Made by a program: the position numbers and the translations under genes. This document shows, one piece after another, positions 46,555-56,095 of a stretch of DNA of 64,000 bases. This DNA comes from Phycisphaerae bacterium (GTDB taxonomy: Bacteria > Planctomycetota > Phycisphaerae > UBA1845 > PWPN01). Numbering within the stretch: the first letter of the stretch is position 1; each line of letters begins with the position of its first letter. The stretch is taken from contig DAOOIV010000003.1 in the NCBI GenBank assembly GCA_035384605.1, forward strand, positions 31,159-95,158. The letters run 5' to 3'. The notes beneath the pieces were generated by a model. That model worked only from the letters and a program-made list of their open reading frames with translations, searched no databases and was not told the DNA's origin.

Positions 46555-48519
46555 TTATTCCCGGATGGTCGGAAATTCGGTGATCCTCAGCCGGGTGCAG
46601 CCATAAGGGATGAGTTCCAGATCGACTATCGGCTCGTTTGAGAACACGGGACTCACAGGCGGATCGCCCGCGGAGTTGTGCTCCAGGTCCCAGCCGGGGA
46701 TGGCCCTGCCCCTGACTTTCAGCGTCACGGGTGCGACGCCCTGCGCGAAGGGGATCTTGCCGACGGTCCGGGTAACAACGGAGACCGATTGCTCGGGGCT
46801 GTTGCGATCGAGAAGCAGGCCATAGTTCCAGGGCGTCGTCGGATAGACCGCCCAGTCGTTGACAGGAAACTTGTCATGATGCGATCTCAGCCTCTCATAT
46901 CGCTCGCCGATTTTGAGCGAGAAGCAGAGCGGCCCCCTGAGGATCGCGACCGAGTTGTTGTATCGGGTCTCGGTGCGCAGCTTCATCGGCAGCGAAATCG
47001 TAACCGCCTCGCCAGGGTCCCACGTCCTGTCTACGACGGCGAATCGCCCTGCTTCCACTGGGGTCTCCGTGCCTCCACATGCGACCCGGGCACCCGTCGC
47101 CCAGACAGGAATGCGCAGATGAAGCGGAAACCGGGTGGGGCGAGACGATTCGAATACGAGTCGAACGACCCCGTCAAACGGATACGCGGTTTCCTCGGAA
47201 ATGCTCACCTTCTCGCCCTCGGCCACCTTGGCCGTGACCTTGCACGGTCCGTAGGCGACTGCGGCAAGTCCCTGATCGTGTGTGGCCATCCAAAGGTGCG
47301 ACACGAATTTCGGCCAGCCTTGGTGCATGTTGGCCGTGCAGCATCCGTAGTTCGGCTCCAGACCGTATATGTTCGATGTGTCGTCGTTCCCGTGGCTCCA
47401 TTGCCGCTTGGCGATTGTACACAGCACCTGGTTGGCCTGCTGGTCGAACTGATGAGCCCAGTAATCCGGCATGCACGTACCGGGGTTGGCGTTGTACGCC
47501 AGTCGCTCGAGTCGATCGGCGAAGGCAACGTCCCCGAGGACCTCGACCAGCTTCTCCATGGAGAACATATACTCGACAACGCCGCACAACTCCGTGCCCT
47601 GCGTCGGTCGCTTTCCCGACAGGTGCTCGTCACCGCCGAACCCGCCGGCGACCTGCCCGTGATGCTCATCCAGGCTTGCAATGCCCCGAAACGTCGCCTG
47701 CCGGTCGCGCTCGTCGCCGGATCGCAGGTACCACAGAGCCGGGTTTTTGACCGCCATGGCGTTGTTGACATCATGCGTGAAGTGTGTGTATTTGAGCCCC
47801 TGCTTCAGGGCCTCTGTAGTATAGGGGAAGTCCAGGAAAAACGGTGTCCAGTCAAAGCAGCTCGCGTGAATCGAGTCTGCTGCCTTGAGAATCTCCGCGT
47901 CGCCGGTTCGGTTGTACAACCAGAATGCGCTGACAACATTCTCCATGGCCCTCACTCCGCGCCATTCGGTGTCGGGCCAGTCGGGCGGCGTGCGGTTGAT
48001 GTATTTGAAGTAGTTTGTAAGCAATGCGATCACCCGCTCGTCGCCCGTGGCTTCGTGATATTGCGTGAGGGCTTTCATGGCAACGGCGAGCGGCCAACGG
48101 TCCTTGTTTTGGGCCGGGCCAAACCAACCATCCGGCTGCCCGCTCGCCAGAATCCAATCGATCCACACCTTGACCTTGCCGATCAGGCGCGCGTCGTCCA
48201 GTTCGTACGCCAGCGGAACCAGGCCGTCGAGATAGTACGGCCCCCGCTCCCAGCCGTCGCCCGTTCCGCCCTTCCAGGCCGACCGGGCCAGATCGGGCCA
48301 GAATTCGTCCAGGTGCCCCGTGAGTCCTTCTGCCTGGATACGAAGCTGATCGCGCAACCAGCCCTGCGGTTTCACGGCCCCCAAGGGCAGTTCAACAAAC
48401 CGAGTCTGCCTGAGCGGAGGGCGGCTTGATGGGTAATGTCTGTTTGCAACCTGCCCCCTCGCCACAGAGACCAGGGGCGGCAACACCAGAACAACGAAGG
48501 CGAGTATCAGGCGATTCAT
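46555..48519 (-). CDS. glycoside hydrolase family 127 (DUF1680, beta-L-arabinofuranosidase-like)
   Basis: Signal peptide. TELCGVVE and NYGCCTANMHQGWPKF match the Glu/Cys and Cys-Cys zinc/nucleophile motifs I recall for GH127. Size ~650 aa. Confidence 0.75.
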   Translation of the reverse strand: MNRLILAFVVLVLPPLVSVARGQVANRHYPSSRPPLRQTRFVELPLGAVKPQGWLRDQLRIQAEGLTGHLDEFWPDLARSAWKGGTGDGWERGPYYLDGLVPLAYELDDARLIGKVKVWIDWILASGQPDGWFGPAQNKDRWPLAVAMKALTQYHEATGDERVIALLTNYFKYINRTPPDWPDTEWRGVRAMENVVSAFWLYNRTGDAEILKAADSIHASCFDWTPFFLDFPYTTEALKQGLKYTHFTHDVNNAMAVKNPALWYLRSGDERDRQATFRGIASLDEHHGQVAGGFGGDEHLSGKRPTQGTELCGVVEYMFSMEKLVEVLGDVAFADRLERLAYNANPGTCMPDYWAHQFDQQANQVLCTIAKRQWSHGNDDTSNIYGLEPNYGCCTANMHQGWPKFVSHLWMATHDQGLAAVAYGPCKVTAKVAEGEKVSISEETAYPFDGVVRLVFESSRPTRFPLHLRIPVWATGARVACGGTETPVEAGRFAVVDRTWDPGEAVTISLPMKLRTETRYNNSVAILRGPLCFSLKIGERYERLRSHHDKFPVNDWAVYPTTPWNYGLLLDRNSPEQSVSVVTRTVGKIPFAQGVAPVTLKVRGRAIPGWDLEHNSAGDPPVSPVFSNEPIVDLELIPYGCTRLRITEFPTIRE

Positions 48520-48591
48520 CAATCCGTTCCTTGTGGCGGCTTTGCGGTAGTGCACTGTACCATATTGGTCACATTCTGCGGAGGATCACAC

Positions 48592-51210
48592 ATGCGAGCA
48601 AGGCGTTCGGCTTCCACGGTGCCCGTCGGGTTCAAGCCGGTTGGCTCAGACGTTCCGGACCTCATGCTGATGGCCGCGGCACTGGTCTGCCTGGTCACAG
48701 GGGCGGCCCGGGCCGCCGACGTTCTCAAACAGTACTACGCTCACCCCACGGTCGAGGATGGCAACGGCGTCATCGCTCCCTGGTATCAGGGACAGAACGG
48801 CCAATTCGACGAACGAATGCAGATCGCCGTCGATATCTACAAGCGATACCCCTGGACCAAGCCGGGTCAGGCCGTGATACCCGCTCCGCATATTGTCTAC
48901 AACACGCACTGGAAGATCGACAACGACGGCACGATATCGATTCCGCCGACGCAACCGTGGATGTGCGGCGACCTGAGCCAGAGGGCGTTCAGCATCATTC
49001 GCGGCCTCTCGGAGTACTACCGGTACAGCGGTGACCCAATCGCCTTCGTATATGTTCCAATTACCGTGGACTACATTCTCGACTATTGCCTCACCGACCC
49101 GGACCATGCCTGGCCGAGTTTTCCAATCGCCACCCCCACCAAGGGCATCGGATACCGGAAAGCCGATCCCAATGTACCGAATCAGTTGGATCTCTGCGCG
49201 TACGTTGGCCTTGAAGTATTGCGGGCGCACAAGCTTCTGGGCAACGAACGCTACCTGCAAGCCGCCAGGCACTGGGGCGACGTCTTCGCCGAAAAATGCA
49301 ACTTCTCCGATCCGCAGATGCCGCCGTGGAGCCGCTATATGAGCCCTGAATATATGCTCTGGTCCGATGAGCTTACCGGCAGCACGACGTTGATCACCGA
49401 GTTTCTTGATGCCCTGATCGACATGGGCTACGAAGGCAAGGACGGCTTGATCGTCAAGGCACGAGATGCCGGGCGTGCCTATGTGATCGATCAGATTCTG
49501 CCCCGCTGGATCGACAACGAGGCGTGGGGGCGGCACTACTGGGACGTCGAGGGCGACTGGATCTCGGGCGGCGCTTCCTGGATTTGCGGGTACTTCCTGG
49601 ATCATCCGGAGGCCTTTCCAAATTGGCGGAACGACGTCCGCAACATCCTGTCGCTTGTCTTCAATCGCAATTGTGTCGACCCGGCCTCCCGCGGCGAAGT
49701 CTACAGCGGCGCGTGGGCGTTTCCCGAGTCGTTTGTCTGTTGCGGAACTTCGTTGTCCTATAACCAATACACGTACGCGGCACCTTTGATACAGCTCGGA
49801 GAGCTGGCCGAAGACGAGTGGGCACGCGAGGTCGGGCGACGGATGCTCATGATGGCGACTTACGACAGCCGCGAGAACGGCGTCGTCCTGGACGGACTGG
49901 CGGGCAACGTGGTCGCAGCGGCCGACTGGCTCAATCTGGCCCATCCCTGGCCCCTGTGCCAGATTCTTGCGGCCATGGCCTGGCGTCCCGAAACCTACGG
50001 CCCCAGCCGCGAAAACCACGTGATGCGAACAAAGTCCGTGGTCACGTCTGTCAACTACGATAAGGGTGTGGTCCGCTACTCGACGTTCGATGCCCCGGCG
50101 GGCAACATCGATGTCTTGCGGCTCGCTTTCGAGCCGCAGTCGGTATCAGCGGACGGTAAGGCATTGGCAAAACGCGCCGACCTGAAGGAAAACGGCTTTA
50201 CGGCTGAACGACTGCCCGACGGCGACTGCATCGTGAGCATCCGTCACGACGGAGCCAAGAATGTCAGTGTCCGCGGTGATGACCCGCAGGAAGTCGCCAA
50301 CGACGATGCCTTCTCATACACCGGGCAGTGGAGCACGGTTCGGATGGACGGAGCCCGGGAGGGCTCGCTGCACGTGGCAACTGACGCGGGCGCGGCGCTG
50401 ACGTTCACATTCACGGGAAACCAGTTCCGTCTGATCGGGACAGTCGACGACAAGGGCGGACTGGCGGATGTGTACATCGACGGGCAGAAGCAGATGGCCC
50501 CGCTCGACTGCTGGAATCCCAAGCCCAGGCACCAGCAGCTCATCTACCGCAAGGGAGGACTGGCCGATGGGAAGCACGAAATCCGAATCGTTGCCAGAGG
50601 CGAGAAGAACCCGCTGTCTGCCGGCTCCGGCATCTATGTGGACGGAATCCAGTATTCGGCCGCGACGGGCAAGAGCAATTTCGGTGAGGGCGGCGGCCCT
50701 ACCACCGCACAAAGACTGATCCTCGGTTACACGGGCCGAAACGACTACGTCGATTCGCAGGGCCGTTCCTGGCGGCCTGGAACCGAGTTCGTCGTACGTC
50801 TCGGGGCCTCGGTGGACGCCGTCGCCCGCACGTGGTTCACCGATCGCCGGAGCTTGTACATCGGTAACACGCCGGACCCGGAACTCTATCGCTACGGCGT
50901 CCATGCCCAGGAATTCTGCGTGAACCTGACGGTCGGCCCGGGCCGGTATCGTGTGGGCCTGCACTTCGCAGACACAAACACGAGGAGCATCCTTCGCGTG
51001 TTGGTCAACGATGAGCAGGTGATCGAGAAGATGAAGATCGCCGAGGCCGCGGGGGGAATCTTCCGGGCGTGCAATCGTTGGTTCGGCGGCATCAGTCCCA
51101 AGAACGGCGTGATCGAGATCCGATTCATCGGTTGCGACAAGACGGAAGCCTGTGCCCAGGCGATCGAGGTGGAGCCCGAGGCTACGGATTCCGGCAACGG
51201 CGGTTCGTGA
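48592..51210 (+). CDS. secreted glycan-active protein: unknown ~480-aa N-terminal domain plus beta-sandwich CBM-like and malectin-like C-terminal modules
   Basis: GGAGGA 7 nt upstream of ATG 48592. Signal peptide. FTFTGNQFRLIGTVDDKGGLADVYIDGQ is a CBM-like module. YVDSQGRSWRPGTEF...RYRVGLHFAD is malectin-like. Confidence 0.75.
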   Translation: MRARRSASTVPVGFKPVGSDVPDLMLMAAALVCLVTGAARAADVLKQYYAHPTVEDGNGVIAPWYQGQNGQFDERMQIAVDIYKRYPWTKPGQAVIPAPHIVYNTHWKIDNDGTISIPPTQPWMCGDLSQRAFSIIRGLSEYYRYSGDPIAFVYVPITVDYILDYCLTDPDHAWPSFPIATPTKGIGYRKADPNVPNQLDLCAYVGLEVLRAHKLLGNERYLQAARHWGDVFAEKCNFSDPQMPPWSRYMSPEYMLWSDELTGSTTLITEFLDALIDMGYEGKDGLIVKARDAGRAYVIDQILPRWIDNEAWGRHYWDVEGDWISGGASWICGYFLDHPEAFPNWRNDVRNILSLVFNRNCVDPASRGEVYSGAWAFPESFVCCGTSLSYNQYTYAAPLIQLGELAEDEWAREVGRRMLMMATYDSRENGVVLDGLAGNVVAAADWLNLAHPWPLCQILAAMAWRPETYGPSRENHVMRTKSVVTSVNYDKGVVRYSTFDAPAGNIDVLRLAFEPQSVSADGKALAKRADLKENGFTAERLPDGDCIVSIRHDGAKNVSVRGDDPQEVANDDAFSYTGQWSTVRMDGAREGSLHVATDAGAALTFTFTGNQFRLIGTVDDKGGLADVYIDGQKQMAPLDCWNPKPRHQQLIYRKGGLADGKHEIRIVARGEKNPLSAGSGIYVDGIQYSAATGKSNFGEGGGPTTAQRLILGYTGRNDYVDSQGRSWRPGTEFVVRLGASVDAVARTWFTDRRSLYIGNTPDPELYRYGVHAQEFCVNLTVGPGRYRVGLHFADTNTRSILRVLVNDEQVIEKMKIAEAAGGIFRACNRWFGGISPKNGVIEIRFIGCDKTEACAQAIEVEPEATDSGNGGS

Positions 51211-51219
51211 AAGCTCCTC

Positions 51220-52377
51220 ATGTTGCGCGAACACTCCTGTCATCGTGCCCTTCGGACCGCCGGCAGTGGTCTTGTCGCGGATCATATTCTGCGCTCGTGT
51301 CGTCGTGTCGCGCTCCTCATGGCAGTCCTGCTCGTCTTCCCGCTCACGACACTGTGTGCCGCATCCGGATCGCAGCCGGCCGACGGCAGACCCGCGCGCC
51401 TCTCGGTGCGCGGCACCGAGATTCTGAGGCCTGATGGAAACCCGATTCACTTCCGGGGCTTCAACCTGCTCTGGTGGGTTCCCCCGACGGCACAGGACGT
51501 CGTCGATATCAAGGACTTGGGCGCCAACTGCGTGCGCTATCAATTTGGCTATGTCCCGTCAGGGCGGTTCGATCCCCGCCAACTCCGTTTCCTCAAGCGG
51601 CACGTGCGCTTGTTCACGTCGCAAGGGCTCTGGGTGATTCCCAATCTGCATACGTTCCATGCCGGCGGCCGGCCCGGCAGCGGCAATGTGTGGAACACAC
51701 CCGACCTGCAGCAGGAGTTCCTGGACATGTGGAACTACGTCCTCGACTTACTGAAGGATGAGCCGTTTATCGCCGCCTGGGAGCCGATGAATGAACCGCA
51801 CGACGTGGACCGGACGGAACTGGCCCCTTGGTACCGCGAGGTGATCGCCCACTTTCGCCGAAAGGATCCGCGGACGCCGATTGTCGTCGAAGGAGCCCAG
51901 TATTCGGGCCCCGAAGAACTCCTCGACTATCTCAAGCTCGACGAGCCCAACCTCATCTACTCATTCCATTTCTACTACCCCCACGAGTACACGCACATGC
52001 TGTCGCCGGAGAGCGAGCCGCTGCTCGAATACCCGGGCAAGTGGGGCAAAGCGGCCCTGGCCGAGAGGATGTCGACGGCGGTCCGTTTTCGCGATCGCCA
52101 TCAGGTGCCGGTCTTCTGCGGGGAATGGGGCGTGAGAACCGGTGCGCCAGGCTACGTGCAGTGGCTCAAGGACGTCGGCAGTCTCCTCGAAGAGCACAAG
52201 ATTCCGTGGGCGCACTGGGCGTGGGCCATGCAGAGGCACTGGCCGGTCAACGACACATTTGATCTGAACAGGCAGAAAACGGAGATCTATGGCGTGGTGT
52301 CGGCGATTCTGAGGAACGCGCTCTCGGGCGATCAGGCAAAACTCGACCACCGCAACGCCACGCGCCAGGCGGAGTAG
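51220..52377 (+). CDS. glycoside hydrolase family 5
   Basis: AAWEPMNEPH holds the acid/base Glu and VFCGEWGV the nucleophile Glu. Signal-like N-terminus. Confidence 0.85.
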   Translation: MLREHSCHRALRTAGSGLVADHILRSCRRVALLMAVLLVFPLTTLCAASGSQPADGRPARLSVRGTEILRPDGNPIHFRGFNLLWWVPPTAQDVVDIKDLGANCVRYQFGYVPSGRFDPRQLRFLKRHVRLFTSQGLWVIPNLHTFHAGGRPGSGNVWNTPDLQQEFLDMWNYVLDLLKDEPFIAAWEPMNEPHDVDRTELAPWYREVIAHFRRKDPRTPIVVEGAQYSGPEELLDYLKLDEPNLIYSFHFYYPHEYTHMLSPESEPLLEYPGKWGKAALAERMSTAVRFRDRHQVPVFCGEWGVRTGAPGYVQWLKDVGSLLEEHKIPWAHWAWAMQRHWPVNDTFDLNRQKTEIYGVVSAILRNALSGDQAKLDHRNATRQAE

Positions 52378-52412
52378 AAATGGCAAGTGTACATGCTGAT
52401 TGAGGTACCGAC

Positions 52413-53633
52413 ATGCTCTCGATTCCTATGACGATGATGGTTGCCGTTCTCACCACGGCGGAAACGCCGGAACCCACATTCACCATCCGTATGCCGTCAG
52501 AGAAGATCGGCTATCCCGGCGTCGAGTATTGGGGCGCTATCGACGGGCCGGACGGAAAGACACTGTGGTCCTTCGCCATCTACGCGGGCAAGGATGCCTG
52601 GACCATACCGCTGCGGGCGCCGGCGCCCGGCACCTACCGGCTGACCCGCGTGGAGAAGCGGGCGGGTGACGGGCAAACCGACATCGAGCTTGCGGAGATC
52701 TCACCGCCCCAGATCGATGTCGCGAAAGCCCGGCAGACCGAGGCCCCCTCGCCCAAGACCCTGGTGGAGGCCGGAGAGTTCAAGAGAATCTTTGCCGCCG
52801 AGGAGCCGTGGTGCATCAACGATCACACCATCGTCCAAGGGCCCGACAACACGTGGCACCTGTTTGGCATCACCCACCCCAAGCCGCTGGATTTCTTCAA
52901 GGATCCCGGGCGGCGGCTTGCTCACGCAACCGCGACTTCGCTGCTGCAAGACCCCTGGCAGGCTCAGCCGCCGGCCGTAACTGCCGATTGGGAGAAATAC
53001 AAGGAATACCTGCTCTGGGCCCCACACGTCATTCGAAGCAACTCGATCTACTACATGTTCGTCTGTGCCGGGGACAAAGACACACACAAGTACCGTATCC
53101 ATCTGCTGACCTCGCCGGATCTCAAGTCATGGATGCGGTCACCGGACAATCCGATGGTGGTGGATGGATTCGATGGGCGCGATCCGATGGTCCTGCGGGC
53201 GGAGAACCAATGGATCATGTACTACACCGCGACAACCACACCTGATGGGGGCAACCACACCGTCGTGTGCGTCACCAGCAAGGATCTGACCCACTGGGGC
53301 GACCGCAAGGTTGTCTTCATTCACCCGAATGCGGGATCCTTCGGCGGGCCCACCGAATCCCCCTTTGTGGTCCGGCGAGGCCGGCACTATTACCTGTTCG
53401 TATGCGACAACGATTGGACCCATGTCTACCTGTCCCGCGACCCGTTCCATTGGGACATCGAACAGCGCGTCGGACGGATCCGGTCGCACGCCTCGGAGGT
53501 CGTCCGCGACGCCGAGGGGAAGTGGTACATCACGCATGCCGGCTGGATGAGCGGACCGGTGTCGATCGCGCCGCTCAAATGGAAGGATGATCTCGACGAA
53601 ACACCGTCGAGTATCCCGCCCGCCTTCAAGTAA
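52413..53633 (+). CDS. five-bladed beta-propeller glycoside hydrolase (GH43/GH32-superfamily-like) with N-terminal beta-sandwich domain
   Basis: GAGG 7 nt upstream of the ATG. WCINDHT, LWAPHVI, GRDPMVL and TESPFVV are blade motifs. Confidence 0.7.
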   Translation: MLSIPMTMMVAVLTTAETPEPTFTIRMPSEKIGYPGVEYWGAIDGPDGKTLWSFAIYAGKDAWTIPLRAPAPGTYRLTRVEKRAGDGQTDIELAEISPPQIDVAKARQTEAPSPKTLVEAGEFKRIFAAEEPWCINDHTIVQGPDNTWHLFGITHPKPLDFFKDPGRRLAHATATSLLQDPWQAQPPAVTADWEKYKEYLLWAPHVIRSNSIYYMFVCAGDKDTHKYRIHLLTSPDLKSWMRSPDNPMVVDGFDGRDPMVLRAENQWIMYYTATTTPDGGNHTVVCVTSKDLTHWGDRKVVFIHPNAGSFGGPTESPFVVRRGRHYYLFVCDNDWTHVYLSRDPFHWDIEQRVGRIRSHASEVVRDAEGKWYITHAGWMSGPVSIAPLKWKDDLDETPSSIPPAFK

Positions 53634-53687
53634 CCAGGACCTGACACGGCGAAGAGCGTTCGGCCCCATCGAGGCACGGCAACCCTG

Positions 53688-54890
53688 TTACCGCCTCAAG
53701 GACAGATTCCGTCGGATGAGTTCGATCCGCTGCTGGACGCACGCATAAGAACGGAGCGGATCAGGCGGGGTGTTAAGGCAATAGTCGACCAGTCTCTCAA
53801 CCGTCGTTGTTGCCACGTGGCAGCGGGTATCGCTGGAGGCGTAGTAGATGAACAACCGCCCGTCGGATTTCGCCACCCAGCCGCACGAGAAGGTCACGTT
53901 CGAGACGTCACCCACCCGTTCCTCACCGCTCGGTGCCAGCAGGTACCCGCCGGGCTCGTGGGTCAGGCGAGCCGGATCATCAAGTGCGGTCATGAACGCA
54001 TACAGCACGTAACGCAGCCCGGCAGCCGTTCCTCGCACGCCATGAGCCAGGTGCAGCCAGCCGTCCGGCGTCTTGATCGGCGCCGGCCCCAGGCCGTTCT
54101 TGAGCTCGTAGACGGTGTGGTACTTGCGATCGTGCACGATTCGTTCGGGGCCGATGACCGCATGTTCGATGCTCTCCGACAGCCCCCAACCGATGCCGCC
54201 GCCTGAGCCGGTGTCGATGAAGCCGTCCTGCGGGCGGGTATAGAAGGCATATTTGCCGTCCACAAACTCAGGATGCAGAACGACGTTGCGCTGCTGGGGC
54301 GATGCGGTACGCAGGTCATCCAGCCTCTGCCAACTCTCAAGATCCCGTGTGCGGGCAATGCCACACTGGGCGATTGCGGAGGACAAATCGCCGCGCGGGG
54401 CGCCCGGGTCCTTGCGCTCCGTGCAGAACAGACCGTAGATCCACCCGTCCTGATGCTTCGTCAGCCGCATGTCGTACACGTTGATATCCGGATCAGCAGT
54501 CTCCGGTAGCACGACCGGATAGTCCCGGAAGCGGAACCGATCCACGCCCGTCGGGCTCTCCGCAACGGCGAAGAAGCTCTTGCGATCGCACCCCTCGACG
54601 CGGGCGACCAGCAGGATCCGGCCGTCCCATTCGATCGCCCCTGGATTGAACACACTATTGATCCCCAGCCGTTCCATCAGGTGCGGGTTGGTCTGCGGGT
54701 CGAGATCGTATCGCCAGAAGATCGGCGTGTGCTCAGCGGTGAGCACGGGGTATTTGTAACGATCAAAGACGCCGTTGCCGCCGGGAGCGATTTCATTGGG
54801 GCGTTCGATCAAGGCATCATGGTCGGCCATGAGTCGCTGCAGACGCCGGTTGAACTGCTCGTTTGACACGGGCACAGGTCCTTTCGTCAC
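53688..54890 (-). CDS. GH130 beta-1,4-mannoside phosphorylase (4-O-beta-D-mannosyl-D-glucose phosphorylase-like)
   Basis: Near full-length resemblance to my recollection of Bacteroides MGP: [80 protein letters not shown] start overlaps the upstream stop (GTGA). Confidence 0.85.
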   Translation of the reverse strand: MTKGPVPVSNEQFNRRLQRLMADHDALIERPNEIAPGGNGVFDRYKYPVLTAEHTPIFWRYDLDPQTNPHLMERLGINSVFNPGAIEWDGRILLVARVEGCDRKSFFAVAESPTGVDRFRFRDYPVVLPETADPDINVYDMRLTKHQDGWIYGLFCTERKDPGAPRGDLSSAIAQCGIARTRDLESWQRLDDLRTASPQQRNVVLHPEFVDGKYAFYTRPQDGFIDTGSGGGIGWGLSESIEHAVIGPERIVHDRKYHTVYELKNGLGPAPIKTPDGWLHLAHGVRGTAAGLRYVLYAFMTALDDPARLTHEPGGYLLAPSGEERVGDVSNVTFSCGWVAKSDGRLFIYYASSDTRCHVATTTVERLVDYCLNTPPDPLRSYACVQQRIELIRRNLSLRR

Positions 54891-56095
54891 GTTGCGCCGG
54901 TCTCAAGGCGGCGCAGGATTTCCAAACAACACCGTCCATTGTGGTACGGGCACTTCCACATGGACACCTTGGGCATGGAAACGTCGGGCACACCGTCACG
55001 TGATACCCGCCAGAACCACTCGCCGTGGGCGTGATCGACGATCCGGTTCAGGATGAACTGCCAGCAGCGAACCGCGGCGTCACGAAACATGTTCTCGCCG
55101 CTGATTTGCCATGCGTTGAAGAAACCAACCACCGCTTCCGCCTGCGGCCACCATTCCCTGTTTGAATCGATGATCCGTCCGTCTCGACCCTCGTAGCACA
55201 ATCCGCCGTCGGCATCGAGCCCTTCGTTCAACACCGCCCTCGCCATTCGCAGGGCGACGTCTCGAACGCGTCCCAACAGTCCTTCATCACCGAGTGCCTC
55301 GGCCGCCTCACATAGCAGCCAACTGCCCTCGATGTCATGACCGAAAGTGTAGCTGTCGGATCTGGGCGTCCAGTCCTCGGCAAAGAAATGCTGCAAGTGC
55401 GTCTTTTCGGGGTTCAGGATGCGCCGCTCGAACAGGTCGATCAGCTCGCGCAGCCGGTCAGCGAGAAACGCGTCCGGCCGCGCTCGCAGCAGGCTCGTGT
55501 AGGCCTCCAGAACGTGGAGGTGATTGTTCATCGACTTTTTCTCGTTCATGTCCTTGTCGCTGAGTCGCACGTCTTCGCAGGGCGCCCAGTCGCGGGCCAG
55601 CGTCTCGAAGTAGCCGCCGTGTCGGTCGTCGTGGCCGGCCTCCTCGATACGGTGAAAGACGTCGACCGCCTGTTCGAGAGCCTTGGGCTCGCCGAAGGTC
55701 CGATGGCACTCGCTCAAGGCGTACGCGCAGAACGCCTGACCGTAAATCTTCTTCTTGCCATCGCGGACGCTTCCGTCCGGATTGAGTTCCCAGAAGTAGC
55801 CCCCATGTTGCGGATCAAGGAAATGATGCGCGAGGTAGTCATAGGCTCGCCGGGCGAGCAGCCGGTCCTCCGCCCGTTGCGTGTAGCGATAAGCCGCCGA
55901 GAACGTCCACAGCAGCCGGGCGTTGAGAATCAGGCCCTTCGCCGCATCCGGCCGGGCGCGCAGATCATTGGATAGCTCGGCGACGAATCCGCCGCGTTGC
56001 GCGTCCACGCTGTGAGAACGCCAGAACGGCAGGATGTTTTCCAGCAACTCGCGTCGCACGGACGCGGCCAATGCGCCGTCAGTGAGCGGCGTCAT
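54887..56095 (-). CDS. N-acylglucosamine 2-epimerase superfamily protein, probably cellobiose/mannobiose 2-epimerase
   Basis: (alpha/alpha)6 AGE-family pattern ([33 protein letters not shown]). It sits immediately upstream of and overlaps the GH130 gene. Confidence 0.75.
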   Translation of the reverse strand: MTPLTDGALAASVRRELLENILPFWRSHSVDAQRGGFVAELSNDLRARPDAAKGLILNARLLWTFSAAYRYTQRAEDRLLARRAYDYLAHHFLDPQHGGYFWELNPDGSVRDGKKKIYGQAFCAYALSECHRTFGEPKALEQAVDVFHRIEEAGHDDRHGGYFETLARDWAPCEDVRLSDKDMNEKKSMNNHLHVLEAYTSLLRARPDAFLADRLRELIDLFERRILNPEKTHLQHFFAEDWTPRSDSYTFGHDIEGSWLLCEAAEALGDEGLLGRVRDVALRMARAVLNEGLDADGGLCYEGRDGRIIDSNREWWPQAEAVVGFFNAWQISGENMFRDAAVRCWQFILNRIVDHAHGEWFWRVSRDGVPDVSMPKVSMWKCPYHNGRCCLEILRRLETGAT

